Source: an uncultured Rhodovulum sp.
GTDB lineage: Bacteria; Pseudomonadota; Alphaproteobacteria; Rhodobacterales; Rhodobacteraceae
Assembly: GCA_964383295.1 (NCBI GenBank)
Contig: CAYLHK010000002.1
Coordinates: 31,043-95,042 of the forward strand
Length of the DNA stretch: 64,000 nt
Direction of reading: 5' to 3'
The position numbers were made by a program, and so were the translations under genes. The notes beneath the pieces were generated by a model that had not been told where the DNA came from, did no database searches, and was given only the letters and a program-made list of their open reading frames with translations. The stretch's first letter is position 1. The number at the start of each line of letters is the position of its first letter. Below are positions 42,258 to 53,011 of this stretch, piece by piece.

Positions 42258-44773
42258 TCTACAGCTGCTGCGAGCCGCGCCGCCGCGAGCTGGTCCTCGG
42301 CCACGCCACGCTGAACGGCATCGACTTCCTCGAGGTGCTCGACACCGAGACCCCCGAGCCCAGCCCCCGCCAGCGCACGCTGATCCTGCGCTTCCTGAAA
42401 GACGCGCCTGCGCTGACGCGCGAGAACTTCGAGCTCACGGGGGGCGAGCGCGTCACCGGCATCACGATCGAGAGCGTGACCCGCGCCAGCGCGCCCTCCT
42501 TCCCCGGCGAGCCGGCGCTCGAGGCCCTGCTCGCCGCCCTGCCCGAGCCCGAGCATGTGCTGGCGCTGCGCACGAGCGCGGCCGGTGATTTCGCCACCTA
42601 TAGCCTGCGTCTCGTCGCCAGCCCCGGCGCGCTGGTGCCGCCGCCGGGCATCGACCGGCTGCTCGCCGGCGTCGACTTCTCGTTCAAGGTGGAATGCCCC
42701 AGCGACTTCGACTGCGCGCCCGCGACCGACTGCGCCGAAGAGACCGATCCGCCGCCCACGATTTCCTATCTCGCCAAGGACTACGGCAGTTTCCGCCGGC
42801 TGATGCTGCAGCGCATGGCGCAGATCATGCCCGACTGGCGCGAGCGCAATCCGGCCGACATCGGCGTGACGCTGGTCGAGATGCTGGCCTATGCCGGAGA
42901 CCGGCTCTCCTATGCCCAGGACGCCGTGGCGACCGAGGCTTACCTCGGCACCGCCCGCAGCAGGATCTCGGTCCGCCGTCACGCCCGCCTCGTCGACTAT
43001 CCGATGCATGACGGCGCCAATGCGCGGGCCTTCGTGCATCTGCGCGTGACCCAGGACGGCGGCACGCTGCGCACCGGCGAGGAGCGCTTCCTCACCCGGC
43101 TCACCGGCCTTGGCCCGGTCATCGCGCCCATCGACGAAGAGCGCGCCCTCGATCGCGCCCCCGAGGTCTTCGAGCCCCTGCACGACCGCACCCTCTCGGT
43201 GGCGCACAACGAGATGCGGTTCCACACCTGGGGGGGCGATGCCTGCTGCCTGCCGCGCGGTGCCACCCGCGCCACGCTGCGCGACGACGATCCCGCCGGC
43301 CCGCTGGCGCTCGCCCCCGGCGACGTGCTGGTCTTCGAGGAGCGCATCGGTCCCCGCACCGGCGAGCCCGCCGACGCCGATCCCCTGCACCGCCACGCGG
43401 TGCGCCTCACCGCGGTCCAGAGCGGCATCGAGGACGAGATCGACGAAACGCCGATCGTCGAGATCCGCTGGGCCGAGGAGGACGCACTTCCCTTCCCCCT
43501 CTGCATCTCCGCCCGTCTCGACCCCGCGGCCGGCGGTGGCCTCGTCGGGGATGTGAGCATCGCCCTCGGCAACATCGTCCTCTGCGACCACGGCCGCACG
43601 GTCGCAAACGAAGACCTCGGCGCCGTCCCCCAGCCCCACCTGCACCTCGTTGCGGCCGGCGACGCATGCGCCTGCGATCACGCCGCTCCGCCCGCAATCC
43701 CGCCCCGCTACGCTCCCCACCTCGCGGAAGGCCCGGTCAGCCAGGCCGCCGCCCTCGACCCGGCCGCCCCCTCCGCCTTCGCCATGCTCACCGTCCCGCT
43801 GCAGGCCGGCCGCCCCGCCGTCGCGCTGACCGCCACCACCGCCACCGGGTCAGAGCCCTGGACCTCGCGCACCGACCTCCTCTCCTCCCTCGCCGCCCAC
43901 CGGCATTTCGTCGTCGAGACCGAGCGCGACGGCCGCGCCTCCATCCGCTTCGGCGACGACGCGAACGGCCAGCGCCCGGCCGCCGGCACGGCGTTCACCG
44001 CCCGCTACCGGACCGGCAACGGCACCGCCGGCAATGTCGGCGCCGGCGCGATCCACCATGTCGTGACCGGCCAGGCCGGGATCGAGGCCGTGCGCAACCC
44101 GCTGCCCGCCCGCGGCGGCGTCAGTCCCGAGAGCATGGAGCAGGCCCGCGCGAGCGCGCCCTACGCCTACCGCCGCCAGGAGCGCGCCGTCACCGAGGCC
44201 GACTATGCCGCCATCGCCCGCCGGCACCCGGACGTGCAGCGCGCCGCCGCCACCTTCCGCTGGAACGGCCACGGCCACACCGTCTTCGTCACCGTCGATC
44301 GCTTCGGCGGCCGCCCGGTGACGCCGGCCTTCCAGGACGAACTCACGGCCTTCCTCGACCGCTTCCGCATGGCCGGCTACGACGTGCGCGTCGACGCGCC
44401 CCGCTTCGTCGCCGTCGAGCTCGCGCTCTTCATCTGCGCAGCCCCCGATCACTTCCGCGCCGCCATCCGCCAGGCCGTGCTCCTCCGTCTCTCCGCCGGC
44501 ACCCTTCCCGGCGGCGCGCGCGGCTTCTTCCATCCCGACAACTTCAGCTTCGGCGAGCCGGTCTATCTCAGCGCCATCCAGGCCGCGGTGATGGAGATCC
44601 CCGGCGTGACCTCGGTCGAGGCCCGCGCCTTCCACCGCCGCGGCCGCCCCGAGACCGTGCCCATCGAGGACGGCGTCCTGCCCATCGGCCGGCTCGAGAT
44701 CGCGCGGCTCGACAACGACCCGAACTACCCCGAGCACGGCACGCTCACCCTCGAGACCGGAGGCGGCAAATGA
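42254..44773 (+). CDS. Baseplate J-like (gp6) wedge protein 1
   Basis: YLAKDY, LVEMLAYAGDRLSY.QD, RFGDD.NG.RP, YRTGNG..GNV, RAVTEADY. Confidence 0.85.
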   Translation: MIYSCCEPRRRELVLGHATLNGIDFLEVLDTETPEPSPRQRTLILRFLKDAPALTRENFELTGGERVTGITIESVTRASAPSFPGEPALEALLAALPEPEHVLALRTSAAGDFATYSLRLVASPGALVPPPGIDRLLAGVDFSFKVECPSDFDCAPATDCAEETDPPPTISYLAKDYGSFRRLMLQRMAQIMPDWRERNPADIGVTLVEMLAYAGDRLSYAQDAVATEAYLGTARSRISVRRHARLVDYPMHDGANARAFVHLRVTQDGGTLRTGEERFLTRLTGLGPVIAPIDEERALDRAPEVFEPLHDRTLSVAHNEMRFHTWGGDACCLPRGATRATLRDDDPAGPLALAPGDVLVFEERIGPRTGEPADADPLHRHAVRLTAVQSGIEDEIDETPIVEIRWAEEDALPFPLCISARLDPAAGGGLVGDVSIALGNIVLCDHGRTVANEDLGAVPQPHLHLVAAGDACACDHAAPPAIPPRYAPHLAEGPVSQAAALDPAAPSAFAMLTVPLQAGRPAVALTATTATGSEPWTSRTDLLSSLAAHRHFVVETERDGRASIRFGDDANGQRPAAGTAFTARYRTGNGTAGNVGAGAIHHVVTGQAGIEAVRNPLPARGGVSPESMEQARASAPYAYRRQERAVTEADYAAIARRHPDVQRAAATFRWNGHGHTVFVTVDRFGGRPVTPAFQDELTAFLDRFRMAGYDVRVDAPRFVAVELALFICAAPDHFRAAIRQAVLLRLSAGTLPGGARGFFHPDNFSFGEPVYLSAIQAAVMEIPGVTSVEARAFHRRGRPETVPIEDGVLPIGRLEIARLDNDPNYPEHGTLTLETGGGK

Positions 44774-47511
44774 GCGACGCGCCGATCCTGGTCGGCCGGC
44801 CCGACACCACCGCGCCCGGCGACACCTGCGGCTGCTGCGACGGCACCGCGCCCGAAACGGCCGCCACGATCGAGAACCGCCCGGGCCTGCCCGCCATCGC
44901 CTACCGCATCGGCGATCACGCCCGCTTCAAGGCCTCGATGCTGACCCGCATCTCCGCCGCCGGCGCCTCGCCGCTCGCCCGCCTCGGCACCCGCGAGGAC
45001 GACGACTTCACCATCGCGCTCATCGACGGTTTTGCCGCCGTCTGCGACGTGCTGACCTTCTACCAGGAGCGGCTGGCCAACGAGGCCTTCCTCGGCACCG
45101 CCACCGAGCGCGCCTCGGTGCTCGAGATCGCCCGCCTGATCGGCTACCGCCCGCATCCGGGTGCGGCCGCCGAGACCGACCTCGTCCTGACCATGGACGA
45201 CCCGCCCGGCGCGGCCCCCGGCATCGCCGAGATCACCGTCCCCGCCGGCACCCGCGTCCAGAGCCTGCCCGGCCCCGACGAGACCCCGCAGGTCTTCGAG
45301 ACCCTCGCGCCCCTCACCGCGCGCGTGGCCTGGAACGCCCTGCCCGCCCGCCGGAACCGCCGCATCGCCCCCGCGCACGGCGCCACCGGCACCTGGCTTG
45401 CAGGCCAGGCCACCGGCCTCCAGCTAGGCGACGCGATCCTCATCGTCGGCCGCGAGCGCGGCGACCCTACCTTCCCCGGCTATGACGCCGGCTCCGAGCG
45501 CTGGGACTTCCGCCGGCTGACCGAGGTCACCCCCGTCACCCGCCACGACCGCACCTGGATCGCCTGGGAGGAGCCCCTCGGCTCGACCAGCCCCTACGTG
45601 GCTCCGGCCAGCGCGGACCCGCGCATCTTCCACCTGCGCGACCGCGCCTCGCTCTTCGGCTATAACGCGGCCCCGCCGCAGGTCTTCTCGGACAAGCAGC
45701 TGCAGAGCTTCTTCGGCACCACCACGCCGCCCAGCGACTGGACCTTCCAGGTCGACACCGCCAACCGACGGATCGTGCTCGACGCCGTGCACAAGGGCTT
45801 CCTCGCCGGCGGGTGGATCGCCGTCACCTGGCCGCCGACCAATGTCGAGCTCTACCGCATCACCGCCGTCACCGACGACGGCCAGACCCGCTACGCGCTC
45901 AGCGGCCGCGCCACGCGGCTGACCCTCGACACCGACGAGCGGCTTTCCCAGCTCGCCGCCTCCTACCGGCGCACCTCGGTCTACGGCAACAGCGTCGAGC
46001 TCGCCTTCGCCGACACGCCGATCGAGGACTGGGTCGCCGGCAGCGCGATCGAGCTCGATGCCCGCGCCGACCTGCCCGAAGGCCGCCGCCTGATGCTCAC
46101 CGGCCGGCGTGCCGCCGTCGCGGTCGCCGCCCCCGGCCTGACGCTCGCCCCCGGCCGCAGCGTGCCGCGCGGCGCCGTGCTCACGCTGATGGCGGCGCCG
46201 GCCACGCTCGCCAGCGGCCAGCGCCAATGGCGCCTGCGCGACGCCGACGGCGAAGTCTTCACCGTCACCGCCCCCGCCGCCGCACTGACCCCCGCCCCCG
46301 CCTCCGACAAGGCCGAGACGATCGCCGAACGCGCCGAGCTCCTGCGCATCGAGGCGGCGGACCCCGCCCACACCCGCCTCGTGCTGACGGCCCCGCTCGC
46401 CGCCGCCTATGACCGCGCGAGCTTCCGCGTCCATGCCAATGTCGCTGCCGCCAGCCATGGCGAGAGCGTCACCGAGATCCTCGGCAGCGGCGATCCCGGC
46501 CAGCCCTTCCAGCGCTTCGCCCTGAAGCAGAACCCCGTCACCCACCGGCTCGCCCCCACCGAAACCGGCGTCGCCAGCACGCTGACGCTCCGGATCGACG
46601 GCGTCGCCTGGACCGAGCTCCCGGACCTCCACGCCCGACCCTCGCGCGCCCGCGTCTTCACCACCCGCCAGCTCGACGACGGCACCACCATCGTCCAGCT
46701 CGGCGACGGCACCTCCGGCGCCCGCCCCGGCCCCGGCCGCGACAACATCCTCGCCGAATACCGCCAGGGCCTCGGCGAGGCCGGCAATGTCCGCGCGGAT
46801 CAGCTCACGCTGCTGCTCGACCGCCCCCTCGGGCTGAAGGAGGCGTCGAACCCCCTGCCCGCCGAGGGCGGCGACGATCCCGAGACGCTGGCAGACGCCC
46901 GCCGCTCCGCGCCGATCCACACGCTGACGCTCGGCCGCGTCGTCTCGGTCACCGACTACCGCGACTTCGCGCTCGGCTTCCCCGGCGTCGCCCGCGCCGA
47001 TGCCCGCTGGATCTGGGACGGGCGCAGCCGCAAGGTCGTGGTCAGCGTCGCCGGCGACGGCGGCAAGCCGCTCGCCCCTGACGGCCCCACCCTGCCCGCG
47101 CTCATTGCCGCGCTGCGCGATCTCGGCGACCCGCTGGCCGGCGTCGATATCGTTTCCTACCAGCCCAGCCACTTCCGCCTGGGCCTGAAGGTCGCCGTCA
47201 CCCCCGGCCATGTCGCGGCCGACGTTCTGGCCAGCCTCGACGCCGCGCTGCGCACAACCTTCGCCTTCGAGGCACGCCACTTCGCCCAGCCGGTGGCGCT
47301 CGGCGAGGTGGCCGCCGCCGCACATCGCGTCCCCGGCGTCACCGCCGTCGATATCGACATCCTGCGCCGCGCGAGCGGCCCGCAGAGCAGCGTTCAGCCG
47401 CACCCGCTGCTCCGGGCCGCACCCGCACGGCTCGACGGGGCGAGCTTCCTGCCGGCCGAGATCCTGACGCTCGCCCCCGGCCCGCTCGACCGGCTGGAGA
47501 TCATGTCATGA
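44770..47511 (+). CDS. Baseplate J-like (gp6) wedge protein 2
   Basis: Start MSDAP by ATGA overlap; LTFYQERLANE, LGDG.SGARP, YRQGLG.AGNV, RVVSVTDY. Confidence 0.85.
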   Translation: MSDAPILVGRPDTTAPGDTCGCCDGTAPETAATIENRPGLPAIAYRIGDHARFKASMLTRISAAGASPLARLGTREDDDFTIALIDGFAAVCDVLTFYQERLANEAFLGTATERASVLEIARLIGYRPHPGAAAETDLVLTMDDPPGAAPGIAEITVPAGTRVQSLPGPDETPQVFETLAPLTARVAWNALPARRNRRIAPAHGATGTWLAGQATGLQLGDAILIVGRERGDPTFPGYDAGSERWDFRRLTEVTPVTRHDRTWIAWEEPLGSTSPYVAPASADPRIFHLRDRASLFGYNAAPPQVFSDKQLQSFFGTTTPPSDWTFQVDTANRRIVLDAVHKGFLAGGWIAVTWPPTNVELYRITAVTDDGQTRYALSGRATRLTLDTDERLSQLAASYRRTSVYGNSVELAFADTPIEDWVAGSAIELDARADLPEGRRLMLTGRRAAVAVAAPGLTLAPGRSVPRGAVLTLMAAPATLASGQRQWRLRDADGEVFTVTAPAAALTPAPASDKAETIAERAELLRIEAADPAHTRLVLTAPLAAAYDRASFRVHANVAAASHGESVTEILGSGDPGQPFQRFALKQNPVTHRLAPTETGVASTLTLRIDGVAWTELPDLHARPSRARVFTTRQLDDGTTIVQLGDGTSGARPGPGRDNILAEYRQGLGEAGNVRADQLTLLLDRPLGLKEASNPLPAEGGDDPETLADARRSAPIHTLTLGRVVSVTDYRDFALGFPGVARADARWIWDGRSRKVVVSVAGDGGKPLAPDGPTLPALIAALRDLGDPLAGVDIVSYQPSHFRLGLKVAVTPGHVAADVLASLDAALRTTFAFEARHFAQPVALGEVAAAAHRVPGVTAVDIDILRRASGPQSSVQPHPLLRAAPARLDGASFLPAEILTLAPGPLDRLEIMS

Positions 47512-49682
47512 ACCGGATCACGCCTGCCGGCCTCTACGAGCTCCTGCCCGCCGTCATCCGGATGCGCGACGCCGAGGAAGGCGAGCCGCTGCGCGCGCTC
47601 GTCGATATCCTCGCCCGCGAGGGCGCCGTGGTCGAGGAGAGCATCGCCCAGCTCCTCGATGACCAGTTCATCGAGACCTGCGCCCCCTGGGTCGTGCCCT
47701 ATCTCGGCGCGCTGATCGGCTACCGCCCGCTGCATGCGATCGACGCGCTGGCCTTCTCTCCGCGCGCCGATGCCGCGAACACGATCGCGCGGCGCCGGCG
47801 CAAGGGCACGGCCGCCGTCCTCGAACAGCTCGCCCGCGACGTCACCGGCTGGCCGGCGCGGGCGGTCGAGTATTTCCAGACCACCGCCTGCTGCCAGCAC
47901 GTGAACGTGCCGCGTCCGACCCACGCGCTCGCTCCCGACCTGCGAAACCCACTGCCGCTGGAGGCGCTCGGCACCGCCTTCGAGACCCTGTCGCGAAGCG
48001 CCGACATGCGCGCCATCACCCGCGGCCCCGGCCGCCGGGGCCTCGGCGGCCGCCATAACTTTCCCAATATCGGCATCCACCTCTGGCGGCTGCAGGCCAC
48101 GCGCCATTCGGACGTACCCGCCGCACGCGTCGACACCCGCCGCTTCCTCTTCGACCCGCTCGGCGCGCCGCGGCAGCTCTTCACCGCCCCCGTCGCCGAA
48201 GACACGATCGCGACGCTCGCGACCCCGCTGAACGTCCCCGGCCCCATCTCCCGCCGCGCCCTCGACGCAGATCTTACCGGCTATTACGGCCGCGACGCCG
48301 ACGGCGCACTGCGCAGCTTCGAGATCGCCCTCGACGGCACCGCCATTCCGCCCACACGCATCACCGTCTGCGATCTCTCTGACGACGGCGCCGGATGGAA
48401 CCACTCGCCCCATGTGGCCCAGCCCGGCGATCCGCCCGCCAACGGCCCCGTCCGCGTCGATCCCGTCCTCGGCCGCATCGCCTTCCCGGACGCCGTTCCG
48501 GGCGAGGTCCGCGCCAGCTTCCACCTCGCCGCGCCCACCGACATCGGCGGCGGCGAGTACAACCGCGCCGCCGCCCTCGCCCCGCCGACCGCCGCCCGCC
48601 CGCTGCGCCGCTTCCCCGACGCGGCCTTCGCCGACCTGCAAGCGGCGATCGACTCGCTTCCCGCCACCGGCGGCATCGTCGAGATCATCACCAACGACAC
48701 GATCGACGCGACGCCCGCGATCACCCTCGCCCCCGGCGCTGCCGTCGAGCTCCGCGCCGCCGACGAGACCCGTCCGGTCCTGCGCCTCTCCGGCGACCTC
48801 GAAGTCACCGGCGGCACCGACGCGCGCCTCTCGATCGACGGGCTCGTCATTATCGGCGGCGCGCTGCGCATCCTCCCCGGCGGCGGCACCTCTCCCGGCG
48901 CCGTCAGCCTGCGCCACGTGACGCTGGTCCCCGGCCTTGCCCTCGATGCCGCCGGCGCCCCAGCAACCCCCGGCGCGCCCAGCCTGATCGTCGCGGCCGC
49001 CGGCGTCACCCTGACGCTCGAGCGCAGCATTACCGGCCCGCTCCGCCTCCAGGACACCACCACCGCCACCCTGCGCGACACCATCGTCGACGCCGCCGAG
49101 GCCGAGGCCATCGACAGCCCCGCCGGCCTCGCCATCGCCGGGCTGGCGGACGAGCCCGCCGCCAGCGTCACGATCCTCGCCTCGACCATCATCGGCCGCA
49201 TCCGCGCCCGCACGCTGCCGCTCGTCTCCGACGCCATCCTCTTCTCCCGCGCGAGCGCCGCGGGCGAGCCCCCGGTCCGCAGCCTGCGCCGCCAGGACGG
49301 CTGCCTGCGCTTCTCCTTCGTGCCCCAGGGATCGGTCACGCCCCGCCGCCACCGCTGCCAGCCGCAGCTCGCCATCGACCGCGCCCTCGCCGAGCGCACC
49401 AAGGCCCTCGGCGCGCCCCCCGGCCCGGCGGAGCGTACGCTCATCGCCGCGCGCACCGCCCGCGCGCTCCTGCCCTCCTTCACCGCGCAGCGCTACGGCG
49501 CCCCCGCCTACGGCCAGCTCCGCGCGGCCACGCCCCCCGAGATCCGCACCGGCGCCTCCGACGAGAGCGAGATGGGCGCGCTCCACCACCTCTACCAGCC
49601 GCAGCGCGAGGCCAACCTCGCGATCCGGCTGGAGGAATACCTGCGCTTCGGCCTGGAGGCCGGCGTCTTTTTCGAGAGCTGA
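47508..49682 (+). CDS. Baseplate/tail protein (gp7/tail-I-like N-terminus)
   Basis: LYELLPAV.RMRD, WVVPYLGALIG, RRRKGT, VDPVLGR, SEMG. Confidence 0.7.
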   Translation: MNRITPAGLYELLPAVIRMRDAEEGEPLRALVDILAREGAVVEESIAQLLDDQFIETCAPWVVPYLGALIGYRPLHAIDALAFSPRADAANTIARRRRKGTAAVLEQLARDVTGWPARAVEYFQTTACCQHVNVPRPTHALAPDLRNPLPLEALGTAFETLSRSADMRAITRGPGRRGLGGRHNFPNIGIHLWRLQATRHSDVPAARVDTRRFLFDPLGAPRQLFTAPVAEDTIATLATPLNVPGPISRRALDADLTGYYGRDADGALRSFEIALDGTAIPPTRITVCDLSDDGAGWNHSPHVAQPGDPPANGPVRVDPVLGRIAFPDAVPGEVRASFHLAAPTDIGGGEYNRAAALAPPTAARPLRRFPDAAFADLQAAIDSLPATGGIVEIITNDTIDATPAITLAPGAAVELRAADETRPVLRLSGDLEVTGGTDARLSIDGLVIIGGALRILPGGGTSPGAVSLRHVTLVPGLALDAAGAPATPGAPSLIVAAAGVTLTLERSITGPLRLQDTTTATLRDTIVDAAEAEAIDSPAGLAIAGLADEPAASVTILASTIIGRIRARTLPLVSDAILFSRASAAGEPPVRSLRRQDGCLRFSFVPQGSVTPRRHRCQPQLAIDRALAERTKALGAPPGPAERTLIAARTARALLPSFTAQRYGAPAYGQLRAATPPEIRTGASDESEMGALHHLYQPQREANLAIRLEEYLRFGLEAGVFFES

Positions 49683-49694
49683 GGGAATTTCATC

Positions 49695-52600
49695 ATGAGC
49701 GGCGATTACAGCAGAGACACGTTCGACGCGCTGCGCGACCATGCCGCGACCCTCCTCCAGCAGGGACGGCCGGTCACCGACGCGGACTGGAACGAGATGG
49801 TCCGCACGCTGACCCGCCGCCTCCGCGCCGGCACCGTCGACACGATCGGCCGCGCCGTGGTGCCGCGCGAGACCCTGACCGGCTTCGAGATCCGCCCCGC
49901 CGGCGGCGGCATCGGCATCGGCCGCGGCCGGATGTATGTCTCGGGCCTTGCGATCGAATGCCACGGCCAGGCCGATTTCGCCGGCACCGGCGGCGGGGCA
50001 CCTGCCCCCGTCCTCGACCGCGCGCGCGCGGCCGCCGGCCGCCCCGCCGGCGTGCTCGACGAGATGACCTCGCCCGAGGCCGGCGACATCCTGGCCTATG
50101 CCGCCCAGCCCTACTGGCCGTCGCCCGCGCCCCTGCCCGCCCAGGGCCGCCACCTCGCCTATGTCGTCGCCTGGGAGCGCGAGATCACCGCGCTCCACGC
50201 CCCGCACCTGCTCGAGCCCGCGCTCGGCGGCATCGACACCACCACCCGCATCCAGAACGCCTGGCAGGTCCGCCTCGCCGCCACCGCCCAGGGCGCTACC
50301 TGCGCCAGCACCGACGCCGCCCTCGGCATCGCCGGCTGGGCGAACGAGATCGCGCCTTCCACCGCGCGGCTGACCACCGACACGATCGCGATCGACGACC
50401 CCGAGGACCCCTGCCTGGTGCCGCCCACCGACGGCTACACCGGCCTCGAGAACCAGTTCTACCGGGTCGAGCTGCACAGCGTGGGCGCCAACCAGGCCGC
50501 CGCCCGCTTCAAGTTCTCCCGCGAGAACGCCTCGGTCGCAGCCGCTGTCGAAGCGATCTCGGCGGGCGCCGATCGCATCACCGTCAGCCGCATCGGCCGC
50601 GACCGGCTGCTCGCCTTCCGCGAGGGCGACTGGATCGAGATCACCGACGACCGCCGCGAGCTCGACCACCGCTCGGGCGCCATGCTGCGCGTCGCCGCCG
50701 TTCACGAGGCGACCCGCGAGATCGAGCTGGAGGCCCCTGTCCCCGCCGAGCTGATCCCCGCCGGCGGCACCGACACGCTGGCGCAGCGCCACACGCGCAT
50801 CATCCGCTGGGACCAGCGCGGCGTGATCCGCCGCGAGGACGGCACGGCCTGGGCCGACCTCGACGCAGCCGCCTCCGACGGGCTGATCCCGGTCCCGCCG
50901 GCCGGCACGCGTCTGGTGCTCGAATCCGGCATCACCGTCGCCTTCAGCACCGCCGCCGGCGCGGGACGCTTCCGCGAGATGGACTACTGGCGCTTCGCCG
51001 CCCGCACGGCCGGCACCGACATCGAGCGCCTGCGCACGGCACCCCCCGACGGCATCCACCGCCACTATGCCCGCCTCGCCGTGGTCGAGATGCCCGACAC
51101 CCGCGTCAGCGACTGCCGCATCTTCTGGCCGCCCGAGATCCCTCAGTCCGAGGGCGAGGGCTGCGCCTGCACCGTCTGCGTCACCCCGGAGAGCCACGCC
51201 TCCGGCACGCTGACCATCCAGGCCGCCATCGACCAGATCGGCGACGAGGGCGGCACCGTCTGCCTCGAGGGCGGGCGCTACGAGATCGCCGAGCCGATCC
51301 GCATTGTCAGCCGCCACGCCATCGCCCTGCGCGGCCAGGGCGCGCTGACCGTGATCTTCTACCAGGGGTTCGGCCGCGCCATCGAGGTGCGCAGCAGCCT
51401 CGATGTCACCATCGACCGGCTGTCCGTTCTCGCACAGGCGCCGGAGTTCGCTCCGGCCGTCATCCCCACCGCGGCGATCCACCTGATCAATACCGGCTTC
51501 GTCAACCTGACCCGTCTCGCGCTCATCGCCACCGGCCAGCGCAGCTACGGGATCGGCCTTGCCGGCGTCGCCGTCGGCCTGCGCATCGAGGACTGCCTCG
51601 CCGTCGCCCCCATCGCGCTCGGCAACTACGTCGATCCGCGCGGCGACGATGTCCCCTCCTACCTGCTCACCGCCGAGATCTCCGTCACCGGCTGCATCCT
51701 CTACGGCAGCCTCGCGGGCATCGGCATCGACGGCGCCGTCCTGAACCTCGCCGCCGCGCAGTTCCGGGGCAACCTCGTCAGCGGCACCGAGATCGGCGGG
51801 CATGTCTCCTGGATCGAGATGGCGAGCGCGCGCACCGAGATCGCCTCGAACAGCTTCGCCGCCACGAACGGCGACGCCCTGGCGCTCGCCTGCGGCAACG
51901 GCATGGTGCAGGACAACGACCTCAACGGCGGCGAGCGCACCGGCAACGGGCTGCACCTCATTCCCGGCTACCTGCCCGACCGGCCCGCCGAGGTGCAGGT
52001 GATCGGCAACCGGATGCGCGATCTGCCCGGCGCCGGCCTGCGCGTCGGCGGCGTCTTCGACAGCCTGCTCGTCAAGCGCAACGTCATCCGCCGCTGCGGC
52101 ACCGCGGGCATCGCCTTCGCGCCCGACGCCGCCGTGCGCTGGCTCGCCATCGACAACAACGTCATCGCCGAGATCGCCCGCGCGGCCCAGGCCGGCGCCG
52201 GCATCCTCGGCTTCCGCATCCTCGCCGGGCGGATCGCCGGCAACGAGATCTCGGCCATCGGCCCCGAGGACCAGGGCGGCGACGGCTTCTTCGCCGGCAT
52301 CGCCCTGCTCGGCACCGGCGACATGGCGATCGAGAGCAACCATCTCGCCGCCATCGGCCTCGGCTCGATCCGCGGCCTGACGAGCGGCATCCTCGTCCGC
52401 CCGCCCTATGCCATGCTGGCGGTGCGCGGCAACCAGATCACCGGCCATGGCAGAAGCGACTTCGGCCAGCAGTGGGCGGCGATCGAGATCGGCCGCGCGC
52501 TCGTGCCGGACATGGGCCCGCAGGGTGAGCTGCGCGACGACCTCTCCCATGTGCCCCTCTTCGACGGCTTCGGCGACACCCCGATCACCGTGACCCACAG

Positions 52601-53000
52601 GGAGGCGCGCTACATGGCCTCGCCCGGCAAACTCTCGGCGCTGCCGTTCAGCGGCGATCCGCAGGTCACGGTCTCCGACAACCAGGTCCGCCACGGCGGT
52701 CCCATCCTGCGCCCCGTCGTCGGCGTGCTCGACGGCCCGCGCGCAGCGGTCGGCCTGACCGGCAACCAGATCCATCTGGAGAGCAACGGCGGCAGCATCT
52801 GCATCGCCTTCATCGAGGCGGGGCGCATCGCCGCCGCGAACAACGCCATCCGCTGGCCCGATGACAAGCCGTCCGTGCTCCTGTCCGTGGGCCGCGCGGG
52901 TGCCGCAACCGTCCTCGGCAACATCACCATGGGTCCGATCGAGGTCTCCCCCGTCGGCCTCAATCCCCCCTTCCGCGACCTCAACCTCGTCGTCGCCTGA
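49695..53000 (+). CDS. DUF6519-like protein with right-handed beta-helix repeats; putative tail fibre
   Basis: MSGDYSR, QQGRPVTDADWNE, GYTGLENQFYRVE, FKFSREN, GIHRHYARLA; C-half has repeated (I/V)xxNxI + GI units. Confidence 0.75.
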   Translation: MSGDYSRDTFDALRDHAATLLQQGRPVTDADWNEMVRTLTRRLRAGTVDTIGRAVVPRETLTGFEIRPAGGGIGIGRGRMYVSGLAIECHGQADFAGTGGGAPAPVLDRARAAAGRPAGVLDEMTSPEAGDILAYAAQPYWPSPAPLPAQGRHLAYVVAWEREITALHAPHLLEPALGGIDTTTRIQNAWQVRLAATAQGATCASTDAALGIAGWANEIAPSTARLTTDTIAIDDPEDPCLVPPTDGYTGLENQFYRVELHSVGANQAAARFKFSRENASVAAAVEAISAGADRITVSRIGRDRLLAFREGDWIEITDDRRELDHRSGAMLRVAAVHEATREIELEAPVPAELIPAGGTDTLAQRHTRIIRWDQRGVIRREDGTAWADLDAAASDGLIPVPPAGTRLVLESGITVAFSTAAGAGRFREMDYWRFAARTAGTDIERLRTAPPDGIHRHYARLAVVEMPDTRVSDCRIFWPPEIPQSEGEGCACTVCVTPESHASGTLTIQAAIDQIGDEGGTVCLEGGRYEIAEPIRIVSRHAIALRGQGALTVIFYQGFGRAIEVRSSLDVTIDRLSVLAQAPEFAPAVIPTAAIHLINTGFVNLTRLALIATGQRSYGIGLAGVAVGLRIEDCLAVAPIALGNYVDPRGDDVPSYLLTAEISVTGCILYGSLAGIGIDGAVLNLAAAQFRGNLVSGTEIGGHVSWIEMASARTEIASNSFAATNGDALALACGNGMVQDNDLNGGERTGNGLHLIPGYLPDRPAEVQVIGNRMRDLPGAGLRVGGVFDSLLVKRNVIRRCGTAGIAFAPDAAVRWLAIDNNVIAEIARAAQAGAGILGFRILAGRIAGNEISAIGPEDQGGDGFFAGIALLGTGDMAIESNHLAAIGLGSIRGLTSGILVRPPYAMLAVRGNQITGHGRSDFGQQWAAIEIGRALVPDMGPQGELRDDLSHVPLFDGFGDTPITVTHREARYMASPGKLSALPFSGDPQVTVSDNQVRHGGPILRPVVGVLDGPRAAVGLTGNQIHLESNGGSICIAFIEAGRIAAANNAIRWPDDKPSVLLSVGRAGAATVLGNITMGPIEVSPVGLNPPFRDLNLVVA

Positions 53001-53011
53001 GGAGCTCCGCC

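Noticed and set aside
47394..52775. Very long antisense and alternate-frame ORFs (1793 aa, 1377 aa; also 27832-30210, 54208-56835)
   Set aside because: Shadow ORFs from high GC codon bias over well-supported genes; no motifs
43600..53000. Apparent C-rich codon shift in the distal eCIS genes as a sign of mosaic origin
   Set aside because: Impression only; host genes such as ispDF look similarly C-rich, so it needs a computed codon analysis
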